A stretch of 32,000 nt of DNA from Desulfocapsa sulfexigens DSM 10523 (GCF_000341395.1 NC_020304.1:930001-962000); one strand, 5' to 3'. Shown: positions 1-9,839, numbered from the stretch's first letter. Program-made: numbers and translations. Notes: generated by a model not told the origin, from the sequence alone.

Positions 1-115
1 AAACACCGGGAGCATTGGGATTTTCAAAAGAGAAATCTTTGATATACATCTTCTGCATGCGAAAAACAGGATTGGTATCTTCTGCAGCATTATTGTTTGC
101 ATTTTCCTCTGTCAT
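1..115 (-). CDS. secB: Protein-export chaperone SecB, N-terminal fragment, cut by left window edge (absent from the supplied ORF track)
   Basis: Reverse strand reads MTEENANNNAAEDTNPVFRMQKMYIKDFSFENPNAPGV..., matching the SecB N-terminal pattern (QRIYTKDISFEAPNAPHVF in E. coli). ATG complement at 113-115. Confidence 0.85.
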   Translation of the reverse strand, partial: MTEENANNNAAEDTNPVFRMQKMYIKDFSFENPNAPGV

Positions 116-251
116 GTTTACCTACCTCAATAGACGGTTACTAAATATTCAATCAATGGTTACCCAACAATAAGGGCACCTTACAAAAATCTTCCTTATT
201 AAACAGTAAAATTGGTCGTTAGGCAAAGGAATTCCAAATTTTATCAAGAAG

Positions 252-3083
252 CTAACGTTTAAGCACATCACCGAGATAGTAACCTGTGAATGACCCTTTG
301 GATTGTACTATTTTTTCAGGGGTTCCAGTCGCCACAATATTGCCACCATTATCACCTCCTTCAGGCCCAACATCTATCACCCAATCCGCTGTTTTTATAA
401 CGTCAAGGTTATGCTCTATAACTACAACCGTATTTCCATTATCAACCAGTCGCCCCAGAACGCATAACAAGTGTTCAATATCAGCAGGATGCAGTCCAGT
501 TGTCGGTTCATCCAGAATGTAGAGCGTTTTACCACTGGCTCTGCCGGAAAGCTCTTTCGCCAACTTTACCCGTTGAGCTTCCCCGCCTGAAAGTGTCACC
601 GAGGACTGACCAAGGCTGATATAGGTGAGACCAACATCATAAAGAGTCTGTAATCTGTTCTTTACAGGAGGAATATTTTTGAAAAATTCCAGAGCCTCTT
701 CAACGGTCATCGAGAGGACTTCATGGATATTTTTGCCACGATATTTAATTTCCAATGTTTCCTGGTTATAGCGTTTTCCCTGACACGCCTCACACACCAC
801 ATATATATCGGGTAAAAAATGCATGGCAATCTTATTCACACCTTCACCCTCACAGGCCTCACAGCGTCCACCTTTAACATTGAAACTGAACTGGCCCAGC
901 TTATATCCCCGGACTCTGGACTCCGGTAGACGTGCGAATAGTTCACGAACAGGTGTAAAAACACCGGTATATGTAGCTGGATTGGAGCGGGGTGTTCTGC
1001 CAATGGGACTTTGGTCAATATCAACTATCTTATCAATCTTATCCAGGCCGCTAAGAGTGGTCTTCCCTATCCTGGCACAATCGAGTCTTCGCCCCACTCC
1101 CTCTTTTGCAAGAGGAAAAAGTGTTTCAATCACAAGTGAACTCTTTCCAGATCCTGATACTCCAGTAATGCAGGTCATTACTCCGAGGGGAAAGGAGACA
1201 TCAATATTTTTGAGATTATTAACAACACCATGCTTCAAACGAAGAAATTGCCTTTTGGCGGCTTTACGCCTTTTTTCAGGAACCGCAATATTCCTGCTTC
1301 CACAAAGATAATTCCCGGTCAACGATGTATCACATTTCAACAGGCCTTGGACATCACCAGCATAGACGACCTCCCCACCGTGCACCCCTGCTCCAGGGCC
1401 CATATCAAGTATGAAATCAGCAGTCATAATCGTGTCGGTATCATGTTCCACCACTATGACACTGTTCCCCATATCCCTTAATTCAATTAGAGTATTAATC
1501 AATTTCTGATTATCACGCTGATGAAGGCCAATACTAGGTTCGTCTAAAATATAGAGTACCCCGGCCAGTCTTGATCCTATCTGAGAGGCCAGTCTGATAC
1601 GCTGGGCCTCACCCCCGGAAAGGGTGCCTGATTTCCTTTCAAGGGACAAATAGCCTAGCCCCACATCTTCAAGAAACGATAACCTGTCAACAATCTCTTT
1701 CAAAATGGGTTCTGCTATCTGACGTTCACGACTAGAAAAGGGAATAAGAGGGAGATATTCGATCATCTGTTCAATGGATAGACAGGTGAGATCATAGATT
1801 GACCATTTACCCGCTTTCACAGACAGCGCCTCCGGCTTTAAACGCTCACCATGGCACTGTGGACACGTTTGTTCATTCATGAAACGGCCAAGTTCCTCTC
1901 TGATCATAGGAGAATTGGTCTCATGAAATCTTCTGTTCAGTTGCGGTATAACCCCCTCATACGGCTTCACTGTGGTCATCTTTCGGTGTCCTTTCTGATA
2001 ACAAAAGGAAATCGCTTCGGATCCTGAGCCATACAATAGAATATTCTGAAGTTTTTGAGGTAATTTAACGAAAGGAGTTGTCATGGAAAAGGAATAATGC
2101 TTTGCAACTGCTTCAAGCATCTGGCCTGAATAACTCTTTCCGGCACGTTTGCCCCAGGGCGCAATAGCGCCATTTTTTATACTGAGTGATGGATCGGGAA
2201 CAATAAGTCCTGCATCAAAAAACTGTTTCACCCCAAGCCCACCACATTCTTCACAGGCTCCTTGAGGATTGTTGAAAGAAAAAAGTTGGGTTGAAAGACG
2301 AGGCATGGAAATGCCACAACGATGGCAGGCGGCAAATTCGCTAAACAATTGATCTTCTCCACTGTCAGGAAAATGAACAAGCAGAAAGCCCTCAGTTAAC
2401 TTCACAGCAGTTGTAATGGAATCACTCAGCCTGCGAATGGACGAAGCCTTAATCACCACCCTATCGACCACAACCTCAATGGAATGATGTTTATTCTTCT
2501 CAAGTGCCTGCACGTCATCAGTATGAACAATCTCCCCATCAACCCTGATGCGAACAAAACCCTCTTTTCGGATACGTGTCAGCAACTGTTCATGACGCCC
2601 CTTCTTTCCAGTAACCATGGGAGCCAGTAAAACTACCTTGGTCCCTTCAGGAAACTGCGACAAGCTGCCAACCATGTCTTCAATGGATTGGGACCGAATC
2701 TCATCACCACACTCGGGACAATAGGGACGGCCACATCGCGCAAACAACAGACGCAGATGATCATAAATTTCAGTGACCGTACCCACGGTTGAGCGAGGAT
2801 TTTTCGATGTGGTCTTCTGTTCAATGGAGACGGCTGGAGACAAACCTTCAAGAGCATCAACATCTGGCTTATCCATCTGTCCAAGAAATTGGCGGGCATA
2901 AGTTGATAATGACTCCACATACCGTCTCTGCCCCTCAGCGTATAAAGTATCAAAGGCCAGTGTAGATTTCCCAGAACCGGACAAGCCGGTGAACACAACG
3001 AGGCTGTTCCTTGGAATGTCGACATTAACATTTTTAAGATTATGCATCCGCGCCCCGCGGATACTTATTTTGGCAGGTTCCAT
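252..3083 (-). CDS. uvrA: Excinuclease ABC subunit A
   Basis: 943 aa; two ABC domains ([27 protein letters not shown]; [10 protein letters not shown]), zinc-finger CxxC motifs, [17 protein letters not shown] and [15 protein letters not shown] signatures. Confidence 0.99.
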   Translation of the reverse strand: MEPAKISIRGARMHNLKNVNVDIPRNSLVVFTGLSGSGKSTLAFDTLYAEGQRRYVESLSTYARQFLGQMDKPDVDALEGLSPAVSIEQKTTSKNPRSTVGTVTEIYDHLRLLFARCGRPYCPECGDEIRSQSIEDMVGSLSQFPEGTKVVLLAPMVTGKKGRHEQLLTRIRKEGFVRIRVDGEIVHTDDVQALEKNKHHSIEVVVDRVVIKASSIRRLSDSITTAVKLTEGFLLVHFPDSGEDQLFSEFAACHRCGISMPRLSTQLFSFNNPQGACEECGGLGVKQFFDAGLIVPDPSLSIKNGAIAPWGKRAGKSYSGQMLEAVAKHYSFSMTTPFVKLPQKLQNILLYGSGSEAISFCYQKGHRKMTTVKPYEGVIPQLNRRFHETNSPMIREELGRFMNEQTCPQCHGERLKPEALSVKAGKWSIYDLTCLSIEQMIEYLPLIPFSSRERQIAEPILKEIVDRLSFLEDVGLGYLSLERKSGTLSGGEAQRIRLASQIGSRLAGVLYILDEPSIGLHQRDNQKLINTLIELRDMGNSVIVVEHDTDTIMTADFILDMGPGAGVHGGEVVYAGDVQGLLKCDTSLTGNYLCGSRNIAVPEKRRKAAKRQFLRLKHGVVNNLKNIDVSFPLGVMTCITGVSGSGKSSLVIETLFPLAKEGVGRRLDCARIGKTTLSGLDKIDKIVDIDQSPIGRTPRSNPATYTGVFTPVRELFARLPESRVRGYKLGQFSFNVKGGRCEACEGEGVNKIAMHFLPDIYVVCEACQGKRYNQETLEIKYRGKNIHEVLSMTVEEALEFFKNIPPVKNRLQTLYDVGLTYISLGQSSVTLSGGEAQRVKLAKELSGRASGKTLYILDEPTTGLHPADIEHLLCVLGRLVDNGNTVVVIEHNLDVIKTADWVIDVGPEGGDNGGNIVATGTPEKIVQSKGSFTGYYLGDVLKR

Positions 3084-3107
3084 CGTTTGAGTAGAATGTC
3101 TTCGGTA

Positions 3108-3515
3108 TTATAAATTCGCATGATCAACCTTAATGCAGCGATCCATGACAACTTTGATCCCTGCTTCCTCCGCAAGTGCTGCAGCATCATAATTGACTAT
3201 CCCCTGCTGCATCCAGACGACCTTAGCCTGAATTGCAATGGCTGCCTCAACAATTGGATAGACATCTTCACTCCGCCTGAAGATATCGACAATATCCACA
3301 GGCCCGGGAATGGACGCAAGATCGGGATAAGAAACCACCCCTAGAATTTTGTCGACGCCAGGATTGACGGGATAGACCGTAAACCCGGCATCCATCAGGT
3401 ATTTTCCGACCATATGACTGGGCCTGCCAGGCTTAGGAGAAAACCCCACTACTGCAATCGTCTGAGCTGCACGTAAAATTGCGCTAACCGATGTCATGGA
3501 GTGTAAAGTAAACAT
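3108..3515 (-). CDS. CoA-binding domain protein (YccU-like)
   Basis: 135 aa; IAVVGFSPKPGRPSHMVGKYLMDAGFTVYPVNPG...VWMQQGIVNYDAAALAEEAGIKVVMDRCIKVDH, typical of the small CoA-binding family. Confidence 0.9.
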   Translation of the reverse strand: MFTLHSMTSVSAILRAAQTIAVVGFSPKPGRPSHMVGKYLMDAGFTVYPVNPGVDKILGVVSYPDLASIPGPVDIVDIFRRSEDVYPIVEAAIAIQAKVVWMQQGIVNYDAAALAEEAGIKVVMDRCIKVDHANL

Positions 3516-3732
3516 AACGAAAACCTAAAATATTTTTTCATAGTATTTCAATAAGTTCTCACAAAACCTGAAAAATAATGATTTACCCGGGATACCAGCT
3601 ATGGTAAATGTGCTAAATTAAACTTTTCATTAAAGATATTGCTTTGTAAAGAAACTTACTCGGATGATCGAGTGTGAAAAGTAATCAGAATCGAACAAAA
3701 AGCAACCTTCTTAATCATTACAGGAACAGTGA

Positions 3733-4614
3733 ATGAATTTTCAGGATATCATCTCTCAGCTGAATCAATACTGGGCAGATCAGGGCTGTGTTATTCAACA
3801 ACCATATGATATGGAAGTGGGTGCCGGGACATTTCACCCAGCCACTTTACTCCGCTCCCTTGGCCCGGAACCATGGAAAGCCGCATATGTACAACCCTCC
3901 AGAAGACCAACCGATGGTCGCTACGGTGACAACCCTAACCGCCTCCAACATTATTACCAGTATCAGGTAGTCCTCAAACCATCACCCATCGAGGTACAGG
4001 AACTCTACCTCGGAAGCTTAAAACGCTTTGGTCTCGACCTGCTTGAGCACGACATCCGCTTTGTTGAAGACGACTGGGAATCCCCGACTTTAGGTGCCTG
4101 GGGACTTGGCTGGGAAGTATGGCTTGACGGGATGGAAATCACCCAGTTCACCTATTTTCAACAGACAGGCTCCATCGATCTCCACCCAACGACGGTTGAA
4201 ATTACCTACGGACTCGAACGAATCGCCATGTACCTGCAAGGCGTGGACTCTGTATATGATATTGCCTGGAATGATTCTATCAGCTATGGAGACATCTTCC
4301 ATCAGGCAGAAGTCGAGTTTTCCACCTTTAACTTTGAAGAGGCAAATGTTCCGGAGCTGATCAACTTTTTCAACACCTACGAGGAAGAAGGACTCAAACT
4401 TATCGCTAAGGGACTGATCCTGCCCGCATATGATTACTGCCTGAAATGTTCACATACATTCAACCTCCTCGATGCAAGAAAGGCAATTAGTGTGGCCGAA
4501 CGAACACGGTATATCGGCAGAATTAGAAATATCGCAAGAAAAGTTGCAAGTGGATACGTGACTCAACGGGAGGAGATGGGCCACCCTCTGATAAAGAAAA
4601 CAGAGACAGTGTAG
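3733..4614 (+). CDS. glyQ: Glycyl-tRNA synthetase alpha subunit
   Basis: 293 aa; [68 protein letters not shown] is characteristic of GlyQ. Confidence 0.98.
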   Translation: MNFQDIISQLNQYWADQGCVIQQPYDMEVGAGTFHPATLLRSLGPEPWKAAYVQPSRRPTDGRYGDNPNRLQHYYQYQVVLKPSPIEVQELYLGSLKRFGLDLLEHDIRFVEDDWESPTLGAWGLGWEVWLDGMEITQFTYFQQTGSIDLHPTTVEITYGLERIAMYLQGVDSVYDIAWNDSISYGDIFHQAEVEFSTFNFEEANVPELINFFNTYEEEGLKLIAKGLILPAYDYCLKCSHTFNLLDARKAISVAERTRYIGRIRNIARKVASGYVTQREEMGHPLIKKTETV

Positions 4615-4629
4615 TGTAGAAAAGGAGAG

Positions 4630-4727
4630 TGGCGGAAGTGCATGGGAATCGAACCCACCTATCGAGCTATTAACCCGATACACCGGATTTGAAGTCCGGG
4701 AGCGCCACCAGTGCACTATCCACTTCC
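4630..4727 (-). tRNA. selC: tRNA-Sec (anticodon TCA)
   Basis: Reverse complement GGAAGTGGATAGTGCACTGGTGGCGCTCCCGGACTTCAAATCCGGTGTATCGGGTTAATAGCTCGATAGGTGGGTTCGATTCCCATGCACTTCCGCCA: 98 nt with encoded CCA, anticodon loop CTTCAAA, long variable arm (ATCGGG...CGAT), extended acceptor stem, GGTTCGATTCC T arm. Confidence 0.96.
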
Positions 4728-4887
4728 ACAATATATGCGATCACTGTAATACCAATAATGATGGAAAACAACTTTTTTATAATTTGCCTTCTAAGAAGAG
4801 AATGTTTATTTTGCTCGTTAATTTGCCGATAAAACGGAAAAACAGATAATTACTCTAAATCAATTACTCAGGTAAACACAAAAGAAT

Positions 4888-5235
4888 ATGCAGTGCGAAC
4901 GACTCATTAAACAGATCAAAGGATGGTACTTCCACGTAAGCAATGAAACCATGGCCCCAGCGCGAATGGTCTCATTTATTGAGAAACATGCCGCAGAATG
5001 TTCAATCTGCCTTGCCGACCCGGACCTCCAGAAAGAAATTGAAAGAATCACAGAGATAATCCTTCCTGAATCCAAAATTCCCAAGGCAGTTCGAATGCAG
5101 CAGGAACAGGATGAGCTTGAAAGAAGAGCAGCTGACGACGATGATGAAGAAAATGATGATGAGGATGATAACGATGAGGATGATGACGACATTGAGGATG
5201 ACGAGGATGATGACGATATCATTGAGGATGATTGA
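4888..5235 (+). CDS. Hypothetical protein with Cys/His-containing N-terminal region and a strongly acidic (Asp/Glu) C-terminal tail
   Basis: 115 aa ORF, MQCERLIKQIKGWYFHVSNETMAPARMVSFIEKHAAECSICLADPDLQKEIERITE...; the last ~35 residues are almost entirely D/E. It lies on the strand entering the convergent terminator at 5269-5309. Confidence 0.7.
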   Translation: MQCERLIKQIKGWYFHVSNETMAPARMVSFIEKHAAECSICLADPDLQKEIERITEIILPESKIPKAVRMQQEQDELERRAADDDDEENDDEDDNDEDDDDIEDDEDDDDIIEDD

Positions 5236-5268
5236 CCGAACCTTTCTCACCAGCGAATGCTAAGACGC

Positions 5269-5309
5269 AAAAAAAAAGCCAGTCACAATTGAGTGATTGG
5301 CTTTTTTTA
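5269..5309. terminator. Bidirectional intrinsic terminator
   Basis: AAAAAAAAAGCCAGTCAC-AATTGA-GTGATTGGCTTTTTTT: 10-bp stem (one G-T) flanked by A-run and T-run, between the acidic protein gene and tRNA-Pro. Confidence 0.85.
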
Positions 5310-5321
5310 TTACTTCACAAA

Positions 5322-5399
5322 TGGTCGGGGCGGTAGGATTCGAACCTACGGCCTCCTGCTCCCAAGGCAGGCGCGCTAACCAGGCTGCGCTACGCCCCG
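5322..5399 (-). tRNA. tRNA-Pro (anticodon TGG)
   Basis: Reverse complement CGGGGCGTAGCGCAGCCTGGTTAGCGCGCCTGCCTTGGGAGCAGGAGGCCGTAGGTTCGAATCCTACCGCCCCGACCA folds as a cloverleaf; anticodon loop CTTGGGA; CCA encoded. Confidence 0.96.
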
Positions 5400-5410
5400 A
5401 CTCAAAAAAA

Positions 5411-5442
5411 AGGAAAAAAGCCCGACCACAAACGATCGGGCT
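5411..5442 (-). terminator. Intrinsic terminator downstream of tRNA-Asn
   Basis: Minus strand AAGCCCGA-TCGTTTGTGG-TCGGGCTT followed by TTTTCCTTTTTTTT. Confidence 0.7.
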
Positions 5443-5451
5443 TGGTATTTT

Positions 5452-5527
5452 TGGCTCCTCGAGCAAGACTCGAACTTGCGACAAGGTGGTTAACAGCCAC
5501 CTGCTCTACCAACTGAGCTATCGAGGA
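5452..5527 (-). tRNA. tRNA-Asn (anticodon GTT)
   Basis: Reverse complement TCCTCGATAGCTCAGTTGGTAGAGCAGGTGGCTGTTAACCACCTTGTCGCAAGTTCGAGTCTTGCTCGAGGAGCCA, cloverleaf with loop CTGTTAA; CCA encoded. Confidence 0.96.
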
Positions 5528-5650
5528 TTAAACACAACAGGATGATGACAGCAACAACCTGTAGGCCGACGAATATAAACGACCATGGTTACACTGTCAA
5601 TATTTTTTTCTTCACCTGGCAATCATAAAACCTATTCCTTTTATGGACCC

Positions 5651-8299
5651 TTAAGTAAAAGTCGCTTCCCTTCTCTTCATAAAAAAAAGTTGCAAAACAG
5701 CATAGCCCCGGCACAGAAGATAAAAGCATAAAGCAGAACCACCGAGCAGGAGGAGCTGCCTGCCATCGAGCGCTGAAATTTTAAAGATATCACGCAACGG
5801 CGTGTACATAAGTACAAGTTGAACAACGACAGAAAACACAACTGCAGCCCATACCCACCAGTTGGAAAAGAGAGGTACTCGATAATCTCTTCGAATCACA
5901 AAGACTAAAACCACTTCATAGAGCACAACAAAGTTAAAAACTATTGTCTGCCCCAGTTTCAGCTCTTCTCCATCACCATTTGCTCCCCCATAGAGCGAAA
6001 AAAGAAATAAGGCAAAACCTGTACCGATACTCCCCAAAACCCCGATCAAAACGAGCTTATCCAGGGGAAGTATATTCTCTTTCGCGTCTTTTGGCTGGCG
6101 GGTCATAATATCAGTGCCGTAAGGATCCACGCTGAATGCGAGTGCAGGCGCTCCATCTGTTACCATATTAATCCAGAGAAGCAGGATAGCGGTAAGCGGC
6201 AAATTCATCCCAGTCATCACTGCAAGGAAAATGATCAATACTTCACCAAAATTTCCAGAAAGAAGGAGCATGATCGATTTCTGAATATTATCATAAATCC
6301 CACGGCCTTCCCGTATGGCACTCACGATATGACTAAAACTGTCATCAAGGAGAACAATATCAGAAGCCTCTTTAGCCACCTCGGTGCCACTCCCCACGGC
6401 AATACCTATATTTGCTTTCTTCAGTGCCGGAGCGTCATTAACTCCGTCCCCAGTCATCGCAACCGTGTGTCCCATTCCTTGTAGAGCTGTAACTATACGC
6501 TGTTTATGCTCCGGAATAACTCTGGCAAAGATATTTATTCCACTCTGCAGTACTGAGGTCAGGGCGGCATCATCCATGTTATCAATTTCATGACCAGTAC
6601 ACACTTCGCTCTCAATCCCGATCTCTCTGCCAATAGCCCTGGCCGTTGTCTGGTAATCACCTGTCACCATTATCACTCGGATCCCGGCCTCCGATGTTGT
6701 TCGAATGGCCGGCAACACATCCTGGCGTGGGGGATCTATCATTGCCTGAAACCCGATAAACGTCAGCCCTTCCTCATCAAGTGGCTCCGTTGCATCTTTC
6801 TGCTTCCACGCAAAAGCAAGAACACGCATGGCCTGTCCTGCATAGAGATCGTTCTGATTCTCAATTTGAGACATTGCCTCCTGATCAAGGGGGAGAATCT
6901 CTCCACTTCTGTAATAGCTGCTGCAGTGTTTCAGGAGATGCCCTGGAGCGCCTTTACTGAAAACAGAAAACTGCCCCTGATCATCCTGGAGTAAAACACT
7001 CATCATCTTTCTTTCGGAATCAAATGGGATTTCATCTATCCGCTTGTCTGTTCCCTTCAAACCAAGCTTTCCACCACTGGTCAACAGAGCACCCTCGGTC
7101 GGGTCACCTATCAGTTCCCATTTTCCACTGCGCTGATGCAACTCTGCATTGTTACATAGAAGTCCTGCTTTGAAGAGTAGCTCCACAGGTTCTCCCTTTA
7201 CGTCTCCAACTGGCTCATAGCCAATGCCCTGCAATTCAATTTCACCGTCCATGGTCCAGCCATAGCGAACTGTCATCCGATTCTCGGTCAGTGTTCCTGT
7301 CTTATCAGTACAGATCACATCACAGCTCCCCAGAGTTTCCACAGAGGAGAGCTTCCGTACCAACGCCTTCTTCTTCAATAATCGCTTCACTCCAATGCTG
7401 AGCGCAATGGTTACCACGGCCGGCAGAGCTGTTGGTACTGCTGCAACAGCGAGACTTATGGCAATAAAGAGAAAGGCAACAAAGGTTTGTCCGGTGAGCC
7501 CTCCCGTGAAAAAGGCCTGAATACTCAGCACACTGAAGACCACAAGACAGACAAGCAGAATAACCGCCCCAAGCCTCTTACCAAATCTATGCAAACGCAG
7601 CTGCAGGGGCGTCAACTCATCAACTGCTCCGGAAATAAGAGCAGAAATCTTTCCGATCTCAGTTTCCATACCCGTGCCAACCACAACTGCCAGGCAGTTA
7701 CCAACAACCACCGAGGTGGTGGAAAAGAGCATGTTCACCTGCTCGCCGATCTGAACGTTCTCTGCAATAACTCCGCTTCCTTTTTCCGCAGGGACACTCT
7801 CCCCAGTCAAAGCTGACTCTTCCACCTTCAAACGAACCGATTCAAGAATTCGGGCATCTGCCGGAACTTTGTCACCGGCAGTCAGCACAAGGACATCACC
7901 AGGAACCAAGTCTGCAGCATCTACTACTCTTTTCTCACCTCCCCGTACAACGGTGGCGTGGAGAGCGGCTATCTTTTTAAGGGCTTCAAGAGAACGATAT
8001 GCATTCAGTTCCTGGAAAAAACCGATCAGGGCGTTGGCAAGAAGAATAGCAAGGATGAGAATGGAATCTATATATTCGCCTATGATACAAGAAAAAACAA
8101 CGGCAAACAGCAGAATATAGATGATAAAACTTTTGAACTGGTCAAAGAAAATGACCAGAGGATTTACAGCTTCCGCAGTCTCCAGAACATTAGGGCCATA
8201 ACGGAGGAGACGTTCGTGAACCTCTGCAGAGTCGAGTCCATCACGACCGGAACCCAGATCTCCAAGAACCTCTTCTCCTGATTTCTGCGAATAATGCAC
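5651..8299 (-). CDS. P2-type cation-transporting ATPase (Ca2+-ATPase-like; substrate uncertain)
   Basis: 882 aa; phosphorylation motif CDKTGTLTENRMTV, TGES, MTGDGVNDAPALKKANIGIAVGSGTEVAKEASDIVLLDD, TM5/6 NFGEV...WINMVTDGAPALAFSVDP. Confidence 0.95.
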   Translation of the reverse strand: MHYSQKSGEEVLGDLGSGRDGLDSAEVHERLLRYGPNVLETAEAVNPLVIFFDQFKSFIIYILLFAVVFSCIIGEYIDSILILAILLANALIGFFQELNAYRSLEALKKIAALHATVVRGGEKRVVDAADLVPGDVLVLTAGDKVPADARILESVRLKVEESALTGESVPAEKGSGVIAENVQIGEQVNMLFSTTSVVVGNCLAVVVGTGMETEIGKISALISGAVDELTPLQLRLHRFGKRLGAVILLVCLVVFSVLSIQAFFTGGLTGQTFVAFLFIAISLAVAAVPTALPAVVTIALSIGVKRLLKKKALVRKLSSVETLGSCDVICTDKTGTLTENRMTVRYGWTMDGEIELQGIGYEPVGDVKGEPVELLFKAGLLCNNAELHQRSGKWELIGDPTEGALLTSGGKLGLKGTDKRIDEIPFDSERKMMSVLLQDDQGQFSVFSKGAPGHLLKHCSSYYRSGEILPLDQEAMSQIENQNDLYAGQAMRVLAFAWKQKDATEPLDEEGLTFIGFQAMIDPPRQDVLPAIRTTSEAGIRVIMVTGDYQTTARAIGREIGIESEVCTGHEIDNMDDAALTSVLQSGINIFARVIPEHKQRIVTALQGMGHTVAMTGDGVNDAPALKKANIGIAVGSGTEVAKEASDIVLLDDSFSHIVSAIREGRGIYDNIQKSIMLLLSGNFGEVLIIFLAVMTGMNLPLTAILLLWINMVTDGAPALAFSVDPYGTDIMTRQPKDAKENILPLDKLVLIGVLGSIGTGFALFLFSLYGGANGDGEELKLGQTIVFNFVVLYEVVLVFVIRRDYRVPLFSNWWVWAAVVFSVVVQLVLMYTPLRDIFKISALDGRQLLLLGGSALCFYLLCRGYAVLQLFFMKRREATFT

Positions 8300-8368
8300 A
8301 GACTCTCCAATGTCATGAAAAACTTCTTACCCTATTGATTTTCGGTCACTGACTACGAAGGGCATTCA

Positions 8369-8950
8369 CTACGGAACCGGAGGGAAACCTCCAAGGATAG
8401 CATCTATCGCGTTATTGATATTTCGGGTAACCTCCTTCGGATCATCATTCCCACCCAGACGATCGACCCCAGTACCACGCCATATCAATTTATGCTGCTC
8501 ATGATCCAGGATATCCACTATCAAAGTACCCACTTCGTACTCTCTGGCTGTTGTTCTCCGCATTCCGCCCATACCGGTCGTCATAAAGGGATCACGACCT
8601 AAAGCACCATAACCGTAGGGGCTGTAAAAGTGATCTATGGTATCCACCTGCAGCTTGCTATCGATCGCACCCAACCAACTCACAAGAAAATCAGCGGAAG
8701 TTGCTTCACTCTTCACATATCCTTTTGCAGCTAGATTCCTCTCCACTGCACCACGAACTCTATCAATAACGAGGTCATTATTTATCCGGACGTCACTCCC
8801 CGGTGCCTTGCCATCATCCAGCCAAGCATATGTTTTGAGTTTTGTAAAATCGTAGGCCGGATCGTAATCGGCATTGACACTGAGTGTGGAACAAGCCCCA
8901 CAAACAAACAGCAGGGTTAGAACACAAGCAAAACTCGCAAATCGTCTCAT
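8369..8950 (-). CDS. DUF4136-like lipoprotein
   Basis: From the internal Met at 8950: MRRFASFACVLTLLFVCGACSTLSVNADYDPAYDFTKLKTYAWL...; lipobox VCGAC; typical DUF4136 pattern. The ORF track extends to 9025 but the signal peptide supports the internal start. Confidence 0.8.
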   Translation of the reverse strand: MRRFASFACVLTLLFVCGACSTLSVNADYDPAYDFTKLKTYAWLDDGKAPGSDVRINNDLVIDRVRGAVERNLAAKGYVKSEATSADFLVSWLGAIDSKLQVDTIDHFYSPYGYGALGRDPFMTTGMGGMRRTTAREYEVGTLIVDILDHEQHKLIWRGTGVDRLGGNDDPKEVTRNINNAIDAILGGFPPVP

Positions 8951-9002
8951 CTGACTAACTCTCCATTTAAAGAACACTCCAAATCTCAAATTCAGAGAAA
9001 CA

Positions 9003-9839
9003 CTATTGCTGTGGCTGATTACCAAACATACCTTTCAACATTTCCATGGCCTGCTGCATCTGTTCCTGATCCTCCGGAGACATCTGTTTTTGCTGCCCCT
9101 GCATTGCCGGGCCACGCCTCTTCTCTCCACTTTCCGGATCTTTCAGCATGGCGATGGTCTGTCTGGCCATCTCACGCGCGACGGCATCTGATTGCTGATC
9201 AAACACCGGTTCAATTCCCTGAGGAAACTGAAAAAATGAATCAGCAACCCTTCCTTTATCCACGGATGTTGCCTCGATTTTCATGTTCATCCCCATCATA
9301 TTTGTCTCAACGAGAAGCGGAAGACCTGAACCATGAATACTATAGACCACACTGCCCATCATTTCGGTCCGGTCACAGCTGTAACCAAGAATTTCTTTAG
9401 CATTCTGTTGTACCTTCCCGCCAAAACCTTCAGCGACAGAGACACCCATCTTTTCACCATTTTCACTGACCCGCTTTTGCTCAGCCCTGGAAAGTTTATT
9501 GTACTCTTCAATCATATACTTTTCGGGGTTAACATTCTTGGTACCTGTTCCCTCGGTCAAGTCAAAGTGATAACTCCATTCAGGAGTATCAATATCCACG
9601 GTTTCGTTTACCATGGTCATCCCCATCATGGTCGTTTTGGTTGTATGATAGGTGGCAACCTCACGGCCATAATCCCGGATATAAGTGATTTCACTCCCAT
9701 TCTCCATGCCACTGATGGTGTAATTGATGGTACCATGCTTAAAAGGCAGCTTTTTCTCCCAGGGATTTTTTTCCCCGGCAATTACACACAACGGTAACAG
9801 CAACACCAGTATGACCCCAAACAGACCCGCCTTTCTCAT
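9003..9839 (-). CDS. Secreted DUF4412-like protein
   Basis: From internal Met at 9839: MRKAGLFGVILVLLLPLCVIAGEKNPWEKKLPFKHGTINYTISGMENGSEITYIRDYGREVATYHTT... signal peptide and ILGYSCDRTEMMGSVVYSIHGSGLPLLVETNMMGMNMKIEAT; C-terminal Met/Gln-rich tail. Full ORF in track 9003..9917. Confidence 0.65.
   Translation of the reverse strand: MRKAGLFGVILVLLLPLCVIAGEKNPWEKKLPFKHGTINYTISGMENGSEITYIRDYGREVATYHTTKTTMMGMTMVNETVDIDTPEWSYHFDLTEGTGTKNVNPEKYMIEEYNKLSRAEQKRVSENGEKMGVSVAEGFGGKVQQNAKEILGYSCDRTEMMGSVVYSIHGSGLPLLVETNMMGMNMKIEATSVDKGRVADSFFQFPQGIEPVFDQQSDAVAREMARQTIAMLKDPESGEKRRGPAMQGQQKQMSPEDQEQMQQAMEMLKGMFGNQPQQ

Noticed and set aside
286-2500. Several ORFs antisense to uvrA (for example 823..1311 and 1230..1481 on +)
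   Set aside because: They overlap a full-length, strongly supported uvrA; low-complexity sequences with no recognised family, as expected for shadow ORFs.
3658-3673. Short hairpin ACTCG-GATGAT-CGAGT upstream of glyQ as a T-box or regulatory element
   Set aside because: No T-box sequence, stem too short, no U-run; probably chance.
5002-5250. Minus-strand ORFs 4860..5222 (Ser-rich) and 5002..5250 (Ile/Val-rich)
   Set aside because: Artifacts of the GAT/GAG-rich low-complexity tail of the plus-strand acidic gene.
5260-5545. ORFs 5260..5484 (-) and 5297..5545 (+)
   Set aside because: They cross two tRNA genes and terminators; the familiar GFEPTASCSQGRRANQAAL string is translation of tRNA sequence.
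6384-8281. Plus-strand ORFs (6384..6593, 6590..6994, 7487..7816, 7869..8120, 7958..8281) inside the P-type ATPase
   Set aside because: All antisense to a continuous 882-aa ATPase; no protein family pattern.
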